From positions 1-35,513 of the IMG/VR virus record IMGVR_UViG_3300021085_000101: DNA of 35,513 nucleotides; one strand, written 5' to 3'. The notes under the pieces are model-generated. The model searched no databases. It was not told the DNA's origin and saw only the letters and a program-made list of their open reading frames with translations. The position numbers and the translations under genes are program-made. Source of the DNA: a virus. Its lineage: Duplodnaviria; Caudoviricetes. Shown piece by piece: positions 1-5,952 of the stretch (position 1 is the stretch's first letter; every line of letters starts with the position of its first letter).

Positions 1-2245
1 CGAAATCAACAATTTGAGAAAGAATATTATTAACTTCACTTTCAATACTCGGTATTGTTTTGGAAATAAGTTCATATGAAATACCATCACGCTTAACTGC
101 ATCAAGATATAATTCGTATCCTCGTTTCTTTCTTTCGTATCCCTTTGCTTCTTCGATGGATGCCAAAATGTCTTCGTGTTCTTTTTCAACAATTTTAACT
201 TCACCAAATAAGGTTTGAAGCTTCTCAGTTTCTGTATCTGCAATAGAGTTTATATTGATTAACTCGTTCTGAATCTTATCTACATCCAATTGTAGTTTTT
301 TATTAAACTCTATAATGTCCTTGCATTCGTAATATGATTCTATATTTTTATCGTTAATAACAATATCTTTTTCCAACGATTCTATCATACTAGATAATGC
401 AAGAACCTTGGAATCTGCTTCGTTTATTTCATAGGTAAGATGAGTTGTCGTTGATTTTAACGCACCGAGTTTTTCATAATTAGATTCAACATCTTTACAT
501 TCATCTAGTATTTTTAATAATTCATTTTTTTGTGTTACAAGATCATCAGCAGCTGCTTTATCTTTGTCAAGTTCTTCTTTTGTTTGTGAAGCACTTTCTA
601 TTAGATTTTTTGAATTGTTTACGCAAAACTTACATTTAGGATCATATTCGTGACTATCATAATGCTTTAGTTTATCTAACTTGGCATTTACAGATGTACG
701 AAGAACTGCTAAGTCTTTTTCAACCAAAGTTATTTCTTCACGTATTTTTAAAACCTCAACATACTTTTCCTCTGTACCATCCAATGCAGATAACTCTGTT
801 GATTTAGTTTTTTTGTTCGTTACTAATTGTTTTTTTCTATCAGATTCATCGTTTCTGTTTTCTTTAGCAACTTCCAGTCGTTCTTGTAAATTCTTTTTAT
901 TAAATTCAAGTTTATCTATATCCACAGATGATTCGTCGAAAGAACAATTCTTGAATTGAGAATTTTTATCTGATAATTGTTTATTGAAACGTTTCTGTTC
1001 AAGTAGTGCCACATTAGTTTTACTATCCTGTTCGGTGTATCTAGTATTAACATCATCAAGTTTTTCTTGAGTATCAGATAATATTTCATCAAAATCCTCA
1101 CGATTAAATCGTTTCAACAAAGCATTAATTTCCTTGATGTCTTCGGATGCAGTTGAATGTAGTTGATCAAATGTATCAATACCCATGAACTGAGCAAGCA
1201 GATCTTTTCTTTCACTTTGACTTTTGTCTATAAAAATTGCATTGTTATTTTGCAAACTAAGTGCAGTTAAAACAAAGTCATCATACGAACCAACATGATC
1301 ACGAATAGCTGCATTTGTTCCCGCACGTTGTTCTCCATTTAAAGATAGTTGCTGACCGTCTTCGTCCAACTTCCAGAAATCAACAACAACGGTAACATCT
1401 CCATTTTTTTTAGTAGTTGCAGTTCTATCTATGTAATAGTTTACTCCTGATATTTCAAAATTTAATTTACAATAAAAAGAATCTGTTTGTGTGTTTAGTA
1501 CATGAGCAGCCTTGAATGCACGATCACATTTGTCAAACAGACAAAAACTCAATGCACTCATTACACTGCTTTTTCCACTTGCGTTGGATGCAAATAACCC
1601 CATAACACTTTTCATGTTAGAAAAATCAATTACATTTCCGTCTCCGTAACTAAACATATTACCAAATTCAAACTTTTTTGGTTTCCAAATACAATTCCTT
1701 AAAACTTCTTTTACTATAAGTTTATCGTTTATCTCTTTATTAATATCAAGAGCAGTTTGTACTTGATCATCATCCACTACAAAGTTTCTTCTCAAATAAT
1801 CTTCGATTAAATTATTCTGTACTTGAATTAAAGAAATATCACCAAAATCAAATTTATTATCACGATCAAACTTTTTTGCTTCAGATATAGCATCACATCT
1901 TGTTACATTTAAATCGGTTATATTGGTTTGTTTTCTAATGTCTGCTATTATTTCTTTTGTTTCGGTTGCAGTTGTGTTGTATACCTTTACACGAAGTCTA
2001 GCTTTTTTAGGAAGTTTACTTAAATCACTTACACACTTTCCGTCACGAACTTCTATTGTATAATACCCATAGTCGTTTTGGACTTCGTGGTGGGTATGTG
2101 TTCTATTTGGAATATCCCACATAACATAACCATGACCAAATGGTTTTTCACCATGATTTTGCTGAATCATACTTCCCGAATAAACCACGACAGGTTTATT
2201 TGCGTTGTGTCGTTTTACTTTTATATACTCTTCTTTATCTTCCAT
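1..2245 (-). CDS. sbcC: Fusion of the Mre11/SbcD C-terminal fragment (YxGS strand plus capping region) to a Rad50/SbcC (T4 gp46-like) ABC ATPase; 3'-truncated by the window edge
   Basis: Hand translation from ATG 2245: MEDKEEYIKVKRHNANKPVVVYSGSMIQQNHGEKPFGHGYVMWD... From ~aa187 (nt 1687) WKPKKFEFGNMFSYG, Walker A FASNASGKSS (~1565-1595), Q-loop region LSLQNNNAIFIDKSQSERKDLL, coiled coil, zinc hook YDPKCKFC (~623-645). The same frame reads ...DAVKRDGISYELISKTIPSIESEVNNILSQIVDF at the edge. Absent from the ORF track, consistent with no stop inside the window. Confidence 0.92.
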   Translation of the reverse strand, partial: MEDKEEYIKVKRHNANKPVVVYSGSMIQQNHGEKPFGHGYVMWDIPNRTHTHHEVQNDYGYYTIEVRDGKCVSDLSKLPKKARLRVKVYNTTATETKEIIADIRKQTNITDLNVTRCDAISEAKKFDRDNKFDFGDISLIQVQNNLIEDYLRRNFVVDDDQVQTALDINKEINDKLIVKEVLRNCIWKPKKFEFGNMFSYGDGNVIDFSNMKSVMGLFASNASGKSSVMSALSFCLFDKCDRAFKAAHVLNTQTDSFYCKLNFEISGVNYYIDRTATTKKNGDVTVVVDFWKLDEDGQQLSLNGEQRAGTNAAIRDHVGSYDDFVLTALSLQNNNAIFIDKSQSERKDLLAQFMGIDTFDQLHSTASEDIKEINALLKRFNREDFDEILSDTQEKLDDVNTRYTEQDSKTNVALLEQKRFNKQLSDKNSQFKNCSFDESSVDIDKLEFNKKNLQERLEVAKENRNDESDRKKQLVTNKKTKSTELSALDGTEEKYVEVLKIREEITLVEKDLAVLRTSVNAKLDKLKHYDSHEYDPKCKFCVNNSKNLIESASQTKEELDKDKAAADDLVTQKNELLKILDECKDVESNYEKLGALKSTTTHLTYEINEADSKVLALSSMIESLEKDIVINDKNIESYYECKDIIEFNKKLQLDVDKIQNELININSIADTETEKLQTLFGEVKIVEKEHEDILASIEEAKGYERKKRGYELYLDAVKRDGISYELISKTIPSIESEVNNILSQIVDF

Positions 2246-3119
2246 ATGATATAATCTTCAAAATTTCGTTTCCAACTTCTTGATCAGTTAAGTCAGGATC
2301 AAGGTGTACATGACCTCCAGATGGAAAATACTTACGAGGTCCCAGGAATGGTTCTATATAAGTTTTATTTTTATCTACCTTAGTACCATTGGGTCCATAT
2401 ACACCATGAATGTAATCAGTTGTTATTATTGTACGTGTTCCGATTGCAGAACTTAAATTGGTAAGACATCCTTCTGGACCAATTACATAATCAGAATTTT
2501 TAATTAAACTTGCAGTAAAACTAAATTTACTTGCTGAGTTTATACTTGGAAACTTTTTAGAATCTTTAGACTCAATCCCTATCGCAAATAGCATAATTTG
2601 TTCATTACCTTTGAGTGATTCAATTATTGAATGAGCATTTCGTGTAATTGGTCTATCAGTTGAATTGTTTAATGAGAAACTTTTTCTATCCCAGTCCATT
2701 ACATAACAAACTTTTATTATATCAGAATTCCAATACTCAATTTCAACAAGTTCTTTCATACTACACTCGATTGAATAATCACTTACAGGATTTGTAAAAA
2801 TCTCAAAGGTATCGTTGAAATTTTTAATATTGCACATTCGTTGGTATTGAGAAACCACAGATGTAGAAAGATTTAATTCATGACTACTTTTATTTATGTC
2901 AAAAATATCAGTATAACCACTACCCGAATCTTTATAGTAAACTTTGTCAATGTATGGGTTGTTATTCAAAAGCTCAAGTGGTTGTAAATAATTTACATTA
3001 AACTCAAGTTGACATGATGTTTCCCACGGAAATTCTTCTTTTATTTTTTTAGCAACACTACTTGCAAATAAAATATCACCGATATCCAAATCAATGCAAT
3101 TTATTAAAATCTTAGTCAT
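2235..3119 (-). CDS. Glycosyltransferase, GT9 (ADP-heptose:LPS heptosyltransferase-like, GT-B fold)
   Basis: N-terminal KILI..LDIGDILFASSVAKKIKEEFP...ELLNNNPYIDKV and C-terminal TASLIKNSDYVIGPEGCLTNLSSAIGTRTI follow GT9 patterns (IGD..., LL..NP.ID.V, LI..AD..IG.DSG..HLA.A.G.P). ATG 3119 (MTKIL, ATGACTAA overlap with the upstream stop) is preferred over the track start at 3137. Confidence 0.75.
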   Translation of the reverse strand: MTKILINCIDLDIGDILFASSVAKKIKEEFPWETSCQLEFNVNYLQPLELLNNNPYIDKVYYKDSGSGYTDIFDINKSSHELNLSTSVVSQYQRMCNIKNFNDTFEIFTNPVSDYSIECSMKELVEIEYWNSDIIKVCYVMDWDRKSFSLNNSTDRPITRNAHSIIESLKGNEQIMLFAIGIESKDSKKFPSINSASKFSFTASLIKNSDYVIGPEGCLTNLSSAIGTRTIITTDYIHGVYGPNGTKVDKNKTYIEPFLGPRKYFPSGGHVHLDPDLTDQEVGNEILKIISYGR

Positions 3120-3816
3120 TACACACATCCCACCCATCTAATTTATATGAATCTAATTTACTTTCTGGTATAAATCTATGTTCGGTTTTGTACTCTTGTA
3201 GAACTTGATATTTGTGAATATCACCGAGCATGACAATATCATATCCATCAAATTGTGGAAGTGTTAAATCTCCTCCAACTACAATATAACCAATATCTGT
3301 TGTACTTCTTCGTATTGCTCCGTGATAAACTGCAATCTTTGTGTTAATTGATGGATCATCAATTTCATTACCATGTATGTATTCAGTTGGTTCTTCAAAT
3401 ATACCAAATACACTTATCGCAACATCACCGATTTTATATATACCGGTATCTTTTAAATAATATAAATTATCATCATCCATCATACTCATGATCGGAGATA
3501 AAACATCAAGACGGTCTGGGTTGTTTAGATTGCAATCGTGATTACCTGCAATTACAACGGTTGGATGTAACTGAGAGCATTTACGAAGAAATGATGAAAT
3601 TTGCTGAATGAGTTCCGGTGACATTTCTGTTTTGGCATGAGCAATATCTCCTCCAATAAAGATAATAGCATTATCAAGATTGTCTTTTTTAACTTGTTCG
3701 TAAAAATTATCAAAAACAGCTGAATACTCTGTGTGTCTTTTTACATTGCGTATATGAATATCAGCTAGATGATATACCTTTTCTATATTCTTTAAATTAG
3801 TTTTTAATTCGTGCAT
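3112..3816 (-). CDS. sbcD: Mre11/SbcD (T4 gp47-like) metallophosphoesterase nuclease, N-terminal fragment
   Basis: Calcineurin-like motifs HLADIH, IGGDIAH, IAGNHD, YHG and LGDIHK. Stops ~33 aa after GDIH, before the conserved YxGS strand, which lies in the 1..2245 ORF. Confidence 0.9.
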   Translation of the reverse strand: MHELKTNLKNIEKVYHLADIHIRNVKRHTEYSAVFDNFYEQVKKDNLDNAIIFIGGDIAHAKTEMSPELIQQISSFLRKCSQLHPTVVIAGNHDCNLNNPDRLDVLSPIMSMMDDDNLYYLKDTGIYKIGDVAISVFGIFEEPTEYIHGNEIDDPSINTKIAVYHGAIRRSTTDIGYIVVGGDLTLPQFDGYDIVMLGDIHKYQVLQEYKTEHRFIPESKLDSYKLDGWDVCND

Positions 3817-4730
3817 AACTTTTGCTTCATCAATTCACTAAAATCAAGAAGATTGGTTTCTCTGATTCTATGAATAATTTTGTTAAATCCCAAATCAGCC
3901 GCGTCTTCATTTCCCATTCTGACCAATTTTACTTTTATATTATCGTTCATTAAAGTTTCTGATATGTATAATGCATTTTTATATGCATCATTGTCTAATA
4001 CAATACTAACTTCTTTTACACCATGTTCTACTAAACGCATTTTAAGTTTGCTTGGAATGTTTTTTCCGAGCAAAGCAATTGCATTCCTGCGGATGGCCAT
4101 AGCATCAAATACACCTTCACACAAAATAAGTGGTTCGGAAAAATCAATTTGATTTTCAAATACCACTACATCTTTACTAACTGGTGGATTCTTATACTTC
4201 AAATACGCAGTTCCTGTGAAATCTCTTGCAAGAAAGTAATTTAATTTGTTGTCTGCATCAAACGATGGAACAATAATACGGCCGGCGTAATCTCCTTTGT
4301 CGCAGTATCCTATATCGTATCTTTCAATATCATACGATTTAATTCCACGATTTTTTAAATACTTCATTGCTTTAGAATAAGAAAAATCAGTATGTGTTTC
4401 GGTCAATCTTTTAAATTCATAAGGCAACGATACAAATTGTTCTTCAGTATCTGCAAGTTTGGTGTTTTTTGGAAGTTTAACAATCTTGGATAACTCTGCA
4501 AAATAGTTGCTTGGAACCTGCATTCTTTTGAATAATGAAAAGATGCTACGACCTTTGGCATTTGTATCAATCCAACTTTGCCACCTCTGCGTTGTAAGAT
4601 TAACTGCCAACTTTGGTTTACGGTGATGAGAAAACGGACACACGAACATTGCTTCGTCTTTAGAAACGATTTTACCTTCACCTAACACCTTCTGCAACAA
4701 GGCATATAACTTTTGCTCGGAAATCCCCAT
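3804..4730 (-). CDS. DnaG-type DNA primase (TOPRIM)
   Basis: YLKNRGI, YDIGY, GRIIVP, YFLARDF, KYKNP, TOPRIM LCEGVFDAM and VLDNDA. ATG 4730 overlaps the RuvC stop (TGATG). Confidence 0.9.
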   Translation of the reverse strand: MGISEQKLYALLQKVLGEGKIVSKDEAMFVCPFSHHRKPKLAVNLTTQRWQSWIDTNAKGRSIFSLFKRMQVPSNYFAELSKIVKLPKNTKLADTEEQFVSLPYEFKRLTETHTDFSYSKAMKYLKNRGIKSYDIERYDIGYCDKGDYAGRIIVPSFDADNKLNYFLARDFTGTAYLKYKNPPVSKDVVVFENQIDFSEPLILCEGVFDAMAIRRNAIALLGKNIPSKLKMRLVEHGVKEVSIVLDNDAYKNALYISETLMNDNIKVKLVRMGNEDAADLGFNKIIHRIRETNLLDFSELMKQKLCTN

Positions 4731-5260
4731 CAATTGTCAATAGTATACCAATGATATAGCGATGCTACCGTTGCGTCCAACATATCGTAGTTTCTTTTAT
4801 CATAATTTTTTCTACTATTATAGACAATAAATTCATTTAAATCAATCTTTTTCTCAAGTTGTTCACGTACAAAAGTTTTACTATCAACTCCTTGTTCACG
4901 ACTTTTTCCGAATACAACCTTACGAAGAGAAGATACATTTACGTGTTCTACATCCAATTCATACAATGCTTCTATAACATAACTTATTACTGCATTGCAC
5001 TTTGCTAACTTAACAATAGTTTGCTGACTCGTTCTTCCACCACCAAAACCACTTAGTGTATCTTCTACTATAATTACAGATGGTTCTATTTCTAGTTTAT
5101 CTAGTATTTGTGCTACACTATGTGCCTTTTGCTTGATACTTGATTCTTTACGAATATCTATATACCCAGCATGGGTTACTTTATTCTTAGAAGAAGATAC
5201 GCAGTAACCTACTACAGTTGAACTGACATCCAATCCCAAACAATAGGATTTATTTTGCAT
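4730..5260 (-). CDS. RuvC-like Holliday junction resolvase
   Basis: RNase H-fold acidic motifs LGLDVSSTVVGY, IIVED and YDMLDA; 176 aa; adjacent to primase and SbcCD. Confidence 0.8.
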   Translation of the reverse strand: MQNKSYCLGLDVSSTVVGYCVSSSKNKVTHAGYIDIRKESSIKQKAHSVAQILDKLEIEPSVIIVEDTLSGFGGGRTSQQTIVKLAKCNAVISYVIEALYELDVEHVNVSSLRKVVFGKSREQGVDSKTFVREQLEKKIDLNEFIVYNSRKNYDKRNYDMLDATVASLYHWYTIDN

Positions 5261-5267
5261 AACTTAT

Positions 5268-5296
5268 ATGTTATGCGTATTGTGCTAAAAAAGCAA
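5268..5296 (-). promoter_or_regulatory. Putative sigma70-type promoter TTGCTT-N17-TAACAT for the RuvC-primase-SbcCD operon
   Basis: The minus strand reads TTGCTT (5296-5291), 17 nt, TAACAT (5273-5268), 7 nt, ATG. It lies in the only intergenic gap before the replication genes. Confidence 0.5.
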
Positions 5297-5305
5297 GATT
5301 AAATA

Positions 5306-5899
5306 TTAGAGTTTGCTTTGACCTCCGTCTCCACCACTTCTAGCATTATCTTTACCACCCGCAGTACGACCACGTGAACTTTTACTTCTACCACCAAGAC
5401 CAGTCATGGTTTGACCGTATTTTGCTGGTTTATCAAGACCTTGTGTATACCAACTTGCCATTGCCAAAGATTTAACTCCGGCCGCATTTGCTCCGTAGTC
5501 GTGGTCAGTCATTGGTACACGATAAGTTGTAAAACCTTTAATTTCAACCGATCCCTTTTGTTTTGGTGCTTGTTTACCACGACCTTCCCCACCTGCTACA
5601 TTTTCAGAACCAGTTGCTGATTGTCCTTGTGATCCCCCACGTGCTTGTACATTGCCACGACCAAATCCGAAGAAACTTTGACCACCTTCAGTTCTGTTCA
5701 TGCCTTTACCAATTTGATCATTCAAACCAGGTGACTTTGCTCCAGCAGGAATATTACCACCACCCATTGCGGTATAAATACTCCCTTTTGCGTTTGCGTA
5801 TAAATCTTCAAGACCTTTACCATGATCAATAGACCAACGTCCACTTGAATTGTTAAGTGTTTTTGATCTTGCATCTGCTGTTTTTGCATCTAAACTCAT
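5306..5899 (-). CDS. Gly/Lys/Arg/Ser-rich low-complexity hypothetical protein (possible virion-associated or DNA-binding protein)
   Basis: 197-aa ORF with a GGAG RBS upstream and an ATATTTATG motif ~32 nt upstream; composition suggests disorder. Confidence 0.7.
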   Translation of the reverse strand: MSLDAKTADARSKTLNNSSGRWSIDHGKGLEDLYANAKGSIYTAMGGGNIPAGAKSPGLNDQIGKGMNRTEGGQSFFGFGRGNVQARGGSQGQSATGSENVAGGEGRGKQAPKQKGSVEIKGFTTYRVPMTDHDYGANAAGVKSLAMASWYTQGLDKPAKYGQTMTGLGGRSKSSRGRTAGGKDNARSGGDGGQSKL

Positions 5900-5931
5900 T
5901 TTATTTTTCTCCGATTAATAGGTTATTACTC

Positions 5932-5939
5932 ATAAATAT
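5932..5939 (-). promoter_or_regulatory. ATATTTAT motif (candidate phage late promoter)
   Basis: Intergenic; the same core occurs before genes starting at 15357, 17486 and 34115. Confidence 0.4.
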
Positions 5940-5952
5940 CAAGCCATCTTGC

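Noticed and set aside
2246-3111. Group I/II intron or translational bypass across the insert
   Set aside because: The interval is fully occupied by an ORF overlapping both halves, I saw no ribozyme core elements, and ~870 nt is far longer than the 50-nt T4 gene 60 hop. Not excluded without RNA data.
2200-3200. Split intein joining the SbcD halves (the C-half has ...KRHN)
   Set aside because: HN is followed by Ala rather than Cys/Ser/Thr, the N-half tail has no intein block A start, and both tails are far too short for a Hint domain.
5940-5952. Rho-independent terminator after the 3134-aa gene (CAAG-ATGG-CTTG)
   Set aside because: Only a 4-bp stem and no U-tract.
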